Shown in pieces: positions 17,647-26,208 of a DNA stretch of 35,687 nt; the stretch's first letter is position 1, and each line of letters begins with the position of its first letter. The DNA comes from a virus. The notes under the pieces were generated by a model, which searched no databases, was not told where the DNA came from, and was given only the letters and a program-made list of their open reading frames with translations. Location: UHGV virus genome UHGV-0257306. One strand, written 5' to 3'. Both the position numbers and the translations under genes were made by a program.

Positions 17647-18075
17647 TTAGATCTCCAATCTAAGAACTCTATAGGACTCTTTCCAAGGCCCTAACTGTTT
17701 CAAAAAGCGTTCCATAGCGGGACTGCAGGAGCACTCCACAACCGTGCAGCCACAGCGCCGGAGGTACTCGCACAGAGGTTTAAAAAGCGGATAGGCGTCC
17801 CGGAGCCGCCAGCCTCCGAGAGCCATAATATTTCCGACCACAAGGCCGGAAACATAGGGCACCACCTCAGCCGCTACAGCCAGCACTGGCGGGGCCCCTT
17901 TATCCTCAGACACCAGAACAACAACCGCCGCCTGTTCTTCGACCATTGCCCGGATATCGTCGACGGAATACTCACCACGTACGGAATGGCGGACGCACCG
18001 CTCAAGCAGTGGAGCCGCCACGGCCCAGAGCTCCCTGGCCTCGTCCTTGTTTCTAATGAACGAGACCTCCATCAC
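17647..18075 (-). CDS. Hypothetical protein, possible GNAT-like assembly protein
   Basis: Located between the nozzle and ejection genes, where podoviruses often carry a GNAT-like gene. Confidence 0.5.
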   Translation of the reverse strand: MMEVSFIRNKDEARELWAVAAPLLERCVRHSVRGEYSVDDIRAMVEEQAAVVVLVSEDKGAPPVLAVAAEVVPYVSGLVVGNIMALGGWRLRDAYPLFKPLCEYLRRCGCTVVECSCSPAMERFLKQLGPWKESYRVLRLEI

Positions 18076-19475
18076 ACCGCTCCTAAGTCGTCGTAATAAA
18101 TCGTGATAGCGTCCAGCTGAAACTCCCCGGCGTTATAGGCGTAAATCCGCGGCGAGATTTCCACGCCACAGCATTCCAGAGGAATGATCCCGCCGGGCCG
18201 AGTGTTCCCGGAAACCGGGAGCGCCGGAGTCCGGGCGTCCGGGTCTCTGGAGTCAAAACCCATTGAGACCTCACAGCGTCCCTCACATACGACGTCAATC
18301 CCATACACGTGCTTAAGAGTCCCCGGGCGTTTAAAGTCCATATAAGGGAGATCGATCAGCACGGGAAACTGCTGGCCTCCATCCGTGTGAGCCTCTTCGT
18401 CGAACTTGTAAAGGTCGTCACCGCTCCGGAAATAAAGCACCTGCCCAAGCTGAGCCACACAGTCGATAGATACATCAAAGATGTATTGAGACCATGCGGC
18501 GATTTTTGCCGAACGTGAGACGGAATAAACAAAACAGGAATGGCCAATAATGCAAACAAATTGCCCCGTCCCGAAGAAGTAGAACGCCCGCGGCTCAGCC
18601 GTTCCCTTTTGCTCAAGGGCCTCACGGACGAGGGAGTCAATCGGAGAGCCGACATCGATATCGATCAGGTTCCCGGTGTAAATCTGAGTAGAGATAGACC
18701 TGAACCCGTAATCCGATAAGAAATACAAGTCCCCGGCCACATTAACAACTGTCTTCGGGTAACTCGTTCCGACGTTCTGCACCCGGTCAGCGAGAGCCAT
18801 AGCGGACGGATCGGCGTCAACTTTCCAGATCTGGCACTCGTCACGCATAAGCGCCACGAGGGAGGTTTTATAAACCCCTAAAGCGCATACAGTCCTATCC
18901 CCCATGGCGTTGAGCCCGGTCGGCAGAAAGCCAGCGTCCTTCTCCGTGTCCCAGTCAGTAGCCCGCCCGGTTGAGGAAAAGCGCACAGTGTCCCCGTCCT
19001 TGCTGACCGCAAAAACTTTAGAGGCTACCTTAGCCGTTACGGGAGTCTGAGGACATCCTGAGGAGGTTACCGGCTGACCGTTATAGAAGTGAGCGGAGCC
19101 TCCGTTAGCGAACGACGCCACGACGTAGAGCTGGCCGTTAAACGGATCACAGAAATGGACATCCTTCAGAGCGGAGCCTCCGGCAGTCGGAGCCGGGACT
19201 GTGTTCAGGGTATTGCACGCCACGAGCCGCCCGAGATCTCCCGGGATACTCACCGACCCCTGAGCGAATACCTGCAGCTTACCGAACGCCGAAGAGAGCC
19301 CGACCGTTCCCGCCGGGAGTTTCCCCACGTGAGTGAGCCCTGGCCGTTTACGGGTAGCGAGGCCGGTAGTGACAAAGGCGTTAGTCATGGCCCGGAGCCG
19401 GTTAGCGTCCGAGACACTAGCCCCTTTTCTCAGGTCGATACCTAAGTCGAACCGGTTGAAAGTAATCGAGGCCAT
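18072..19475 (-). CDS. Tail nozzle / tubular protein B-like
   Basis: Beta-propeller-like motifs (VRFSSTG..TDW, GDLYFLSDYG, AAWSQY); follows the adaptor gene. Confidence 0.75.
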   Translation of the reverse strand: MASITFNRFDLGIDLRKGASVSDANRLRAMTNAFVTTGLATRKRPGLTHVGKLPAGTVGLSSAFGKLQVFAQGSVSIPGDLGRLVACNTLNTVPAPTAGGSALKDVHFCDPFNGQLYVVASFANGGSAHFYNGQPVTSSGCPQTPVTAKVASKVFAVSKDGDTVRFSSTGRATDWDTEKDAGFLPTGLNAMGDRTVCALGVYKTSLVALMRDECQIWKVDADPSAMALADRVQNVGTSYPKTVVNVAGDLYFLSDYGFRSISTQIYTGNLIDIDVGSPIDSLVREALEQKGTAEPRAFYFFGTGQFVCIIGHSCFVYSVSRSAKIAAWSQYIFDVSIDCVAQLGQVLYFRSGDDLYKFDEEAHTDGGQQFPVLIDLPYMDFKRPGTLKHVYGIDVVCEGRCEVSMGFDSRDPDARTPALPVSGNTRPGGIIPLECCGVEISPRIYAYNAGEFQLDAITIYYDDLGAV

Positions 19476-20203
19476 TAGTACTGTTTCCCCCGGGCCACGC
19501 CATCCGCCCCCACAGAGACGAACCAGCCGGACTCCGCACCGGCGGAGCGTCGAATGTGTAAGCCACCCACTTGCCTGCCGCGGTAATGCGAGAGCATCGT
19601 CTGAGCCATGGCCGCCACGCTTTGGGCGTCGTTCTGGTGGTAATGAGCCTTAGCCTGAGCGAGAGCGAACAGCAGGACGATCCGGCTAGGGACGGGACAC
19701 CGGTCAGAGGGTTGCTCGAACCTGTAGCCGTCATCCTCGTACTCAATGCAAAGACGGTAAGCAGTGGAGGAGTCTGGCACCGGATAGAGCTCTATCTGCC
19801 CGGCCTGCATGTCCCACTTTTCCGGAATGCCAGCCAAAGCCTCCGCCCGGTCAGCCTCAGTAATGCCGCGGTTCAACGGGAAACGGTTAGAGCCGTCAGC
19901 CACGGACATAGAGAGGACACTGCCGGGAGTGATTTCCCTGTCCTCGTCATCGTCGTGAAAGTCGTAAAGTGTCTCACCTTTATGGAGCCGGATCCGGGCC
20001 ACTCGTTTCTCAGCGTCATGCTCGATTGAGCCCCAGACAAACTCCACAGCGTCACGCAGGAAGCTCTTCAGGATTTCCTCATTAGACCGTGACGCGGCTC
20101 CCTGAGCCACGAACCCGAGACGGGTACGGAGCTCCGAGAGCATGGAGGAGAGTGTCTGCTCCCTCAGGTGCAGCGAGTTCTGAAAGTCTGCCATGGTGAT
20201 CAC
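19475..20203 (-). CDS. Head-tail adaptor / tubular protein A-like
   Basis: TLSSMLSELRTRLG N-terminal helix and IELYPVPD motif typical of podovirus adaptors. Confidence 0.7.
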   Translation of the reverse strand: MITMADFQNSLHLREQTLSSMLSELRTRLGFVAQGAASRSNEEILKSFLRDAVEFVWGSIEHDAEKRVARIRLHKGETLYDFHDDDEDREITPGSVLSMSVADGSNRFPLNRGITEADRAEALAGIPEKWDMQAGQIELYPVPDSSTAYRLCIEYEDDGYRFEQPSDRCPVPSRIVLLFALAQAKAHYHQNDAQSVAAMAQTMLSHYRGRQVGGLHIRRSAGAESGWFVSVGADGVARGKQY

Positions 20204-20916
20204 TCCGCCCGTAAGGTAATCGTGAGAGTGCCAGAGGAGAGGGAAAGCTGAGCGAATACCTTTTTACGTCCGACAATGCTCACGGACTTAACGGCAGTAT
20301 CAACCGCCAGAACAGCTCCATTTTTTCCGGCAGGGCCCGCTACGCCCGGGACTCCCTGAGGCCCCTGGGCGCCAGTAAGGCCAATCGGCCCCGGCTCTCC
20401 GTTCTCACCTTTCTCTCCCTTTCCCCCCTTTTCCCCCTTTTCCCCTTTGCCGAAAGGGACACCAGACGACCACTCGCCGGGGGCGTTCCCAAGCTTCCAG
20501 TAAAGAAGCCCAGTGTCTATAGCGAGAAAAGAAGTACCTTTAGGGAGACCGTCATATCCGCCGCGGAAGTCTGAAAGGTCTTTGATGTCAGCCACGAAAG
20601 ATGCGCCGACCGGCCCGCGCTCCCCGGGGTCCCCCTTTTCCCCCTTTTCCCCTTTTTCCCCACGAGGGCCCTGGGCCCCTGCCTCGCCCCTAGCCCCCTT
20701 AAGAGACTGGCGGGCCTCATCCGTCAGAGCGTCCGTTCCCACGGATCCCGTGGCGATAGTCCCGTCGTCCTTCTGAATAAGAGAGAGGTTAGAGACGACA
20801 CCGTCAAGGCTGGCCGCCACAGCGTCGAGCTCCGAATTAATAGCGCCGTGGTCGGTCGAGTCCCCGGCGTTCTCCTGAAAGTTTTTAGTCCGTTTGTACT
20901 TTTGTGGCTGAGCCAT
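20200..20916 (-). CDS. Collagen-like fibre protein
   Basis: Two Gly-X-Y tracts; start at 20916 after SD AGGAGG (the ORF-track start crosses a terminator); N-terminus resembles that of the long fibre. Confidence 0.85.
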   Translation of the reverse strand: MAQPQKYKRTKNFQENAGDSTDHGAINSELDAVAASLDGVVSNLSLIQKDDGTIATGSVGTDALTDEARQSLKGARGEAGAQGPRGEKGEKGEKGDPGERGPVGASFVADIKDLSDFRGGYDGLPKGTSFLAIDTGLLYWKLGNAPGEWSSGVPFGKGEKGEKGGKGEKGENGEPGPIGLTGAQGPQGVPGVAGPAGKNGAVLAVDTAVKSVSIVGRKKVFAQLSLSSGTLTITLRAE

Positions 20917-20940
20917 GAGCATTCCCTCCTGTATGCGGTA

Positions 20941-20978
20941 ATTGTCCCGGAGTGGTGAGCGTGAAGGGATTTTTATTT
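20941..20978 (-). promoter_or_regulatory. Putative late promoter (tail operon)
   Basis: AAATAAAAATCC-N20-GACAAT. Confidence 0.65.
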
Positions 20979-20994
20979 GAAGAGTCAGAGGGAT

Positions 20995-21031
20995 AAAAAA
21001 GAGGCTCTCCGCCATTGAAGGACAGAGAGCC
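20995..21031 (-). terminator. Intrinsic terminator after the lysis cassette
   Basis: Minus strand GGCTCTCTGTC...GGCGGAGAGCC followed by TCTTTTTT. Confidence 0.8.
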
Positions 21032-21139
21032 AAAGGCCTACCCAGCACGAAAAAGGTTAATGACTTATTGAACTGGCGCCGGTCATACCAGCACGAGGAG
21101 CCGGAGCCCCGTTTCCAGTCTCGTTCATATTCATCCCTA

Positions 21140-21649
21140 TCACCTAGCGCCAGCCTTCAGCGTGTCCTTGTCTGCCGAGAGTCGAGCAGATAGAGCCGCG
21201 CCCTCTCCAGCCAGTTCCTGACCTTCTCCGAGTAGAGCCGCACTCTCTCCGAGTAATCGCTCACAGTTCCCGAGTCGGACGCTGTCACGGCCTCCGGCAG
21301 AGTGATCAGCCTCTCCTGCACGGCTGAGGCTGGCACTGACCGCGGCGGACTGCTGGCGCACCCGGTCAGCAGAACGCCGCAAATCAGAGGCAGCACTAAG
21401 CGCTTTATCCCGGGCGGACAGAGCCGCAGCAATTTCTTTAGCATCTTCTCCCTCCTTCTTTCTCGCCTTTTCCTCAGCCGCCAGAACCGCCTTTACTCTT
21501 TCCGCCTCCGCCACTGCTATTTGAGCCGTGTAAGTCTTCTCAGCATTGTGATACCCAAACGAATAGGCATAAATGCCATACGCCAGTATGGCTATTGCTC
21601 CGACCAGGTACCTCAAGACCGGGGAGATAGCGCCAGGATTCACTAGCAT
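21140..21649 (-). CDS. Inner-membrane spanin (Rz-like)
   Basis: N-terminal TM helix followed by an Ala-rich coiled coil; follows the endolysin. Confidence 0.85.
   Translation of the reverse strand: MLVNPGAISPVLRYLVGAIAILAYGIYAYSFGYHNAEKTYTAQIAVAEAERVKAVLAAEEKARKKEGEDAKEIAAALSARDKALSAASDLRRSADRVRQQSAAVSASLSRAGEADHSAGGRDSVRLGNCERLLGESAALLGEGQELAGEGAALSARLSADKDTLKAGAR
21157..21444 (-). CDS. Outer-membrane spanin (Rz1-like lipoprotein), embedded in Rz
   Basis: Lipobox LLTG-C followed by a Pro/Ser-rich linker; in an alternative frame inside Rz. Confidence 0.8.
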   Translation of the reverse strand: MLKKLLRLCPPGIKRLVLPLICGVLLTGCASSPPRSVPASAVQERLITLPEAVTASDSGTVSDYSERVRLYSEKVRNWLERARLYLLDSRQTRTR

Positions 21650-22129
21650 TTACTCCCTCTCCCCCATAAAAAGACTTTTCTCAGCCTCCCGACGACGCAC
21701 CAACCCCGGGAGTTCTTTGCCTCCTGCTCGTGTCCACCTGCGAAACTCATAGCCTGCGTTAGCTATTTTTCCAGCATTAAGGAGCTTTAGTAGTGTGGAA
21801 CGTTGGAGAGCCCCGGCTCCACAGTTGTAGGCGAAATCAAGGAGAGCCACGAACTGGCCACGGGTTAACGGAACACGGACAGCCTCGCCGACAGCGTTCT
21901 GAGCCCGTTCCAGATCGATCTCCAGCAAGTGCTCCGCTCCCTCGGGAGATATGACTATGTTCCTTATGACGGGATTACCGGACTCCAGACGGGTAGAGCC
22001 ATAGCCAACCGTCCAGACTCCGGCAGGGTCACGGTAGGAAATCAGACGGCAACCCTCGAACCGTTTTACAAAATCCACCGCGGCTCTGAAATCCCACTCC
22101 CAAAAATATTTTTTATCTTCGGCGTTCAC
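21650..22129 (-). CDS. Endolysin, GH24 lysozyme
   Basis: FEGCRLISYRDPAGVWTVGYG catalytic E-D-T triad; GLVRRREAE motif. Confidence 0.95.
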   Translation of the reverse strand: MNAEDKKYFWEWDFRAAVDFVKRFEGCRLISYRDPAGVWTVGYGSTRLESGNPVIRNIVISPEGAEHLLEIDLERAQNAVGEAVRVPLTRGQFVALLDFAYNCGAGALQRSTLLKLLNAGKIANAGYEFRRWTRAGGKELPGLVRRREAEKSLFMGERE

Positions 22130-22600
22130 TTACTTCTCCTCCGTGTGGTCGAAGATTGAGCCGCCAGCCTCAGCCTTCTCTCTCAGAGTCAGGAGAGCCT
22201 TGCGAACCGGTACAGGAATAAGAGCTCCGTATCCCAGCTGCTCAATGTTCTCCAATATGCTGCCGAAGTCATTGAGGCAGAAAGCGAAGACGGCCACGTC
22301 CCGGAGACTAAGGAAAGGGATAACGCTGGAAACATCCAGACCGTGGCAGAGAGCCACCAGCGCCACGATCAGGATTTTCTTAGTGATCCCCAGAAAACCG
22401 GTGCGGGAATTCCATACGCCAGTCTTCAAGGCCGCCACTGTCCCCGTGATGTAATCGGAGATGATGAAGACGACCAGCCAGAGGATAGAGTCCGATAGAT
22501 CCCCGAACAGAAAGCTGGCAACAGTGCCAAGCGCCCCGCCGATCAGCAGGAGCCACCGGCTCAGCTGGTCGGGGATCATGTCAATAAGGAACTGAGTCAC
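22130..22600 (-). CDS. Holin (Phage_holin_4-like)
   Basis: DYITG...NSRTGFLGITKK...LD and SILENI..LG..IP motifs; hydrophobic helices; precedes the lysozyme. Confidence 0.88.
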   Translation of the reverse strand: MTQFLIDMIPDQLSRWLLLIGGALGTVASFLFGDLSDSILWLVVFIISDYITGTVAALKTGVWNSRTGFLGITKKILIVALVALCHGLDVSSVIPFLSLRDVAVFAFCLNDFGSILENIEQLGYGALIPVPVRKALLTLREKAEAGGSIFDHTEEK

Positions 22601-22603
22601 TGC

Positions 22604-22822
22604 TTAGCCTTCAGAGGCAGAGACTCCGATCTCGTTCCCGGACTCGTCGTAAGTCTTTTCTGTTCCCTTGTTGACATCCATCCAGACGTCAAAGGACATT
22701 GTCCGGACTCGGGTTTTCGGGACGGTAGCGAGCGCCTCACGGAGCAGGCGCTGAGTTTCGGGAGCGTCCGCTGAATCACAGTTAACGAGGATCTGAACGG
22801 AATAACGGTTATAGACAGTCAT
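22604..22822 (-). CDS. Small hypothetical protein
   Basis: RBS AGGAG; lies between the fibre and holin genes. Confidence 0.6.
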   Translation of the reverse strand: MTVYNRYSVQILVNCDSADAPETQRLLREALATVPKTRVRTMSFDVWMDVNKGTEKTYDESGNEIGVSASEG

Positions 22823-22855
22823 GGAAAAAACTCCTATAGGAAATATTGGAAAGCG

Positions 22856-24472
22856 TTATGCAGTACGACGCCACATATTTACGACGAGATAAGGATCTCG
22901 GGTACTGAATGCCCGGCCTGAACCAGTAGCCTGAACGTTCACCGTATGAGTGTGATTCCCTGAACCGTCAACGCCGACATTATGAGCGTGGCTGGCGTTG
23001 ATATTCACAATGCAGGAATCGTGGTAAGCGTTCCTATTGGAGTTCTGGTTATTTGCGCCCAGACTGCAGATACCGCTGGCCGTAACGCCTAAGCCGCCCG
23101 GGTTGAAGGAGCCGGTAAGGTTAGCCGTGTCAGTTCTGGCGGCGTGACCGTGCCAGCCAGCCTCTCCTGTACTGGCGGCGTGAGAGTGAGCCGGGAGTTC
23201 CTCCACCGTGAGCGTGTGGGTATCGGCGCCGCCGGTAGCCCCGGCAGTAAACCCGGTGCCAGCCGCCACGAGAGTACGGCCAGCCTCAACCGCCACCCAC
23301 TTGCCTACACCTGCCATTTGAGGCATACACTGCTGGCCGATGAAGATGGAGCCAACCGGGTAGAACATTTCCATCCACCCCTTCAGGCTTTCCATCAGTT
23401 CTTCGCTAACGATGTTTTTAACGACGCCAGCATCCATAGTGACGCCGACACCGTCCGCCACTTTCTTCACTTCGGCAGCCGTTTGGGCGGCGGAATCAGC
23501 GATCTCTTGAACCTTAGCCACCTGAGTGAGCACAGTGTTATATGAGTCCTGAGCCCCGACAGCCGCCGCCATAGCGTTCTTCTCGGACGCCGCGGCCGCA
23601 TCCTTAGAGGCTCCCGCCGTTTTGGCGGACTCTGCCGCGTCACTGGCGGATTGAGCCGCCGCTGTGGCGGACGCCTGAGCTCCAGCCTCCGACGCCTTAA
23701 CGCTCTGAGCCGAAGAACTGGCGGAACTGGCGGAGGCATTGGCCGCCGTAGCTGACGCCGTGGCGGAGCCAGCCGAACCCTTAGCGGAATCAGCCGAGGC
23801 CTTAGCCTCAGCGGCAGACTGAGCGGCGCTATCGGCGGAGCCAGACGCACGGGAGGCGTACGTCTCAGCGAACCCCTTAGAACTGCCAGCCTCAGCCGCG
23901 GACTTGCTGGCGGCATTAGCGGAGCCAGCCGCGTTCTGTTCGCTAACAGCCGCCTGCTGAGCGTAAACAGCCGCGGAGGTTTTATCTTTCTCTGTTTCAG
24001 CCGCGTTAGCCGCGGACGCATCAGCGTGAACCTTGGCGGACGCCGCCGACGCCGACGCCGAAGAGGCTGAGCCCTGAGCGGAGACGGCAGAGTTAGAGGC
24101 AGACTGAGCGGAGCCTGCCGCGTTCGATTCGGAAACCGCGGCAGAGTTCGCCGCCGCCCGGGCGTCCTTACCCTGAGCCAGCGCCACACTGGCGGAGACA
24201 GAGGCATCGCTCGCCGCGTCTACAGCTCTATCAGCCTGAGCCTTCACCGACTGAGAGAGGGCCTCCGTAGTGGCGGAGTCCAGAGAGGTAATAGTTACAA
24301 CGCCATCCGCCAGCCCACCGTCATCACGGAGCACAGCGGACTGGCGATCTCTAAGCTGATTAATGGAGCGGGCCGCGCTATCGAGTTCTGAGTTAATCGC
24401 TGAGCCGTTAACGGTTGCCGGGTCGTCAGCCTCGAAGTCATGAGCCCGGTCGTACTTTGTAGCCTGAGCCAT
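22856..24472 (-). CDS. Long tail fibre (Ala/Ser-rich shaft, gp10-like C-terminal domain)
   Basis: Stf-like A/S repeats; YPVGSIF...GRTLV.AG...TGG..THTLT.EELPAHSH, H-x-H repeats and PYLVVNMWRRTA. Confidence 0.85.
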   Translation of the reverse strand: MAQATKYDRAHDFEADDPATVNGSAINSELDSAARSINQLRDRQSAVLRDDGGLADGVVTITSLDSATTEALSQSVKAQADRAVDAASDASVSASVALAQGKDARAAANSAAVSESNAAGSAQSASNSAVSAQGSASSASASAASAKVHADASAANAAETEKDKTSAAVYAQQAAVSEQNAAGSANAASKSAAEAGSSKGFAETYASRASGSADSAAQSAAEAKASADSAKGSAGSATASATAANASASSASSSAQSVKASEAGAQASATAAAQSASDAAESAKTAGASKDAAAASEKNAMAAAVGAQDSYNTVLTQVAKVQEIADSAAQTAAEVKKVADGVGVTMDAGVVKNIVSEELMESLKGWMEMFYPVGSIFIGQQCMPQMAGVGKWVAVEAGRTLVAAGTGFTAGATGGADTHTLTVEELPAHSHAASTGEAGWHGHAARTDTANLTGSFNPGGLGVTASGICSLGANNQNSNRNAYHDSCIVNINASHAHNVGVDGSGNHTHTVNVQATGSGRAFSTRDPYLVVNMWRRTA

Positions 24473-24484
24473 GTATCTCTCCCC

Positions 24485-24796
24485 TTACTTAGCCGCGGGA
24501 GCCTTGGCTCGAGCCGTGGGCTTAGTTTCTTCGATAGCCAGAGAGCGGATTACCTGTTCAAGGAGCAGGCCGTCCTTCTGGTAAACGGCCTCGACTCTGT
24601 CCCTCGGATACTTCATGAAGAGCCGCGCCCGTTCCGGCTCCGTCTCGATTTCACGAGTCCCAACCTGCTCCACGCCCTGAATGTTTTCCGAGCCCCAAAT
24701 TCCCTGCAGGATTGGAAGTTCATCAGCGAGAAACTCGATAGGGAGAATGTTGTCAGAGTTGACACGGATAAAGCCCTGATTAAAAGCAAGCAACAT
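24485..24796 (-). CDS. Hypothetical protein downstream of the capsid gene
   Basis: Fills the gap between the capsid terminator and the fibre gene. Confidence 0.6.
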   Translation of the reverse strand: MLLAFNQGFIRVNSDNILPIEFLADELPILQGIWGSENIQGVEQVGTREIETEPERARLFMKYPRDRVEAVYQKDGLLLEQVIRSLAIEETKPTARAKAPAAK

Positions 24797-24809
24797 AAGC
24801 AGACCCCAT

Positions 24810-24847
24810 AAGAGAAAAGCGGAGCCCGGGAGAGGGTCGGGCCCCGC
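24810..24847 (-). terminator. Intrinsic terminator after the major capsid gene
   Basis: Minus strand GCGGGGCCCG...CGGGCTCCGC followed by TTTTCTCTT. Confidence 0.8.
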
Positions 24848-24864
24848 ATTTGTTGTGCCGCCGG

Positions 24865-25908
24865 TTAGGCGATCGAGATAACAGAATGAGCGTTACGCTG
24901 AGACACCGCCAGAACCGCACGGACGATAATCATCTGGTAGAGAGCCAGAACGTTATACGGACGGACAGGCGTAACCACGTTCATGCCGTCGTCCTGATAC
25001 TGGATACGCTTGGAGTTCAGGAAATAGCAGCGCTTAGTCCACTTAGTAGTGGCCTCGCTTTCTGCCTCATCCAGATCCTCAAAGGACGGATCCCACACAA
25101 TCGGCACGCCCTTGAAGTAGAGGCCCGTCTCCGTGCCGGAGCCGATACCGGCGTCCAGTCGGCCAGCCTTTCCGGCGTCCGTGTTCTGAGTCAGAGTAAT
25201 GCAGCCACGATAAGCGTCGATAAAGTCGGAGCCAGCCAGAATAAAGTCCGGAGTGGTACCGCCGTAGCGGGTGCAGGCTCGCCACTGCTTTTCCATGGTG
25301 TCCGCCAGCTGGTTAGGCTGGAGGCCGAGAGCGGAGTTATTGCGCCACCATGCCGCGGTACTGGCGTCGATACCCGCCACCGTGCCCTTATTCGGGGTAG
25401 TGGAGACGAGAGCATCAAGACCGACGAGAGCATTAGCGGAGGACGTGCCAGCACGATGGAGCTCACGGTCGAGCGTCTGGAAAAAACCCTCCTGCAGTGC
25501 GCTGGCCTGTTCGTCGAGCAGGTTGAGCAGCTGAACTTTTTCATTCTGCTCAAGCTTATAAGCGCCGGATTTTCCCTCTCGGACTTCAATACCAGCGCCG
25601 AACAGGCGATCCAGAGCAATAGAGAGCGTATCCGTAGCACGGGCCCACTTGAATTTAACAAGGTCGGTAGTGTTGCGAGCCTTGAACTGAATGGCGTCCT
25701 CACCATAGCCCCACTGAAATGCGGAATCGAGGGACTTCCGGACGTTCATAACCACCCCCTCCTTGGCGCCGAGGAACTGCTTACGGCCCTTCAGAAGGAA
25801 CTCAAGGAACGGACGGCCACGGGTAACCTGGTCAACCGCTGCATTACGGATGTACTGATCGAGTGCGACCTTACCAAGGCTGGCAAGATCCTCAGAAGAA
25901 ATAGCCAT
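24865..25908 (-). CDS. Major capsid protein
   Basis: 347 aa from ATG 25908 (SD GGAGG); GLDALV, VAGID...WWRN, PDFILAG, FKGVPIVWD and YFLN motifs; followed by a terminator. Confidence 0.88.
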   Translation of the reverse strand: MAISSEDLASLGKVALDQYIRNAAVDQVTRGRPFLEFLLKGRKQFLGAKEGVVMNVRKSLDSAFQWGYGEDAIQFKARNTTDLVKFKWARATDTLSIALDRLFGAGIEVREGKSGAYKLEQNEKVQLLNLLDEQASALQEGFFQTLDRELHRAGTSSANALVGLDALVSTTPNKGTVAGIDASTAAWWRNNSALGLQPNQLADTMEKQWRACTRYGGTTPDFILAGSDFIDAYRGCITLTQNTDAGKAGRLDAGIGSGTETGLYFKGVPIVWDPSFEDLDEAESEATTKWTKRCYFLNSKRIQYQDDGMNVVTPVRPYNVLALYQMIIVRAVLAVSQRNAHSVISIA

Positions 25909-25944
25909 AGAGGCCTCCAAAAAAGAAAGTTAAGAAAACCGCTT

Positions 25945-26108
25945 TCCCTCTGTCGGCTCCAGTCACGAGCCATCTTTTAGAGACTCCAGCGCCGGACGTG
26001 ACCCCGGCCGCTCCGATTTCTCTGGCGCCTCTTATGACCTCCGGGCCGCGACCCCCGGCTTATCCTTGCGAGTTTACAAAGGTGGCCGGAGGCTTATCGC
26101 CCTGGCCT
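25945..26108 (-). ncRNA. Structured capsid leader RNA (candidate)
   Basis: At least four GC-rich hairpins with mutually complementary loop regions (GCGAU/GUCGC and GGUCACG/CGUGACU). Confidence 0.6.
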
Positions 26109-26114
26109 AGGCTC

Positions 26115-26152
26115 ATTCTGTCTAAAGTTCAAGCCCCGGAGGATTTTTATTT
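26115..26152 (-). promoter_or_regulatory. Putative late promoter (capsid operon)
   Basis: AAATAAAAATCC-N20-CAGAAT. Confidence 0.65.
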
Positions 26153-26163
26153 AAAGACCGCAT

Positions 26164-26195
26164 AAAAAAGAGGAGCCCGGGTTACCGGGCCCCTC
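26164..26195 (-). terminator. Intrinsic terminator after the polyvalent protein gene
   Basis: Minus strand GAGGGGCCCGG-TAAC-CCGGGCTCCTC followed by TTTTTT. Confidence 0.85.
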
Positions 26196-26208
26196 AGGTT
26201 AGGAGCGG

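Noticed and set aside
20917..21048. ORF-track N-terminal extension of the collagen fibre (similar extensions at 5421-5519, 7893-8042 and 25909-25920)
   Set aside because: The extensions run through terminators, promoters or neighbouring genes; SD-supported or stop-coupled starts lie downstream.
23467..24207. 246-aa Arg/Pro/Leu-rich alternative-frame ORF
   Set aside because: It is a frame shadow of the Ala/Ser-rich fibre shaft.
22856..24472. Diversity-generating retroelement acting on the tail fibre
   Set aside because: No reverse transcriptase ORF and no template/variable repeat pair was seen.
24848..24900. T7 gp10B-like frameshift extension of the capsid protein
   Set aside because: No slippery sequence was seen near the stop, and a terminator follows immediately.
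24850..25980. 376-aa plus-strand ORF opposite the capsid gene
   Set aside because: Antisense shadow produced by codon bias; no RBS or recognisable motifs.
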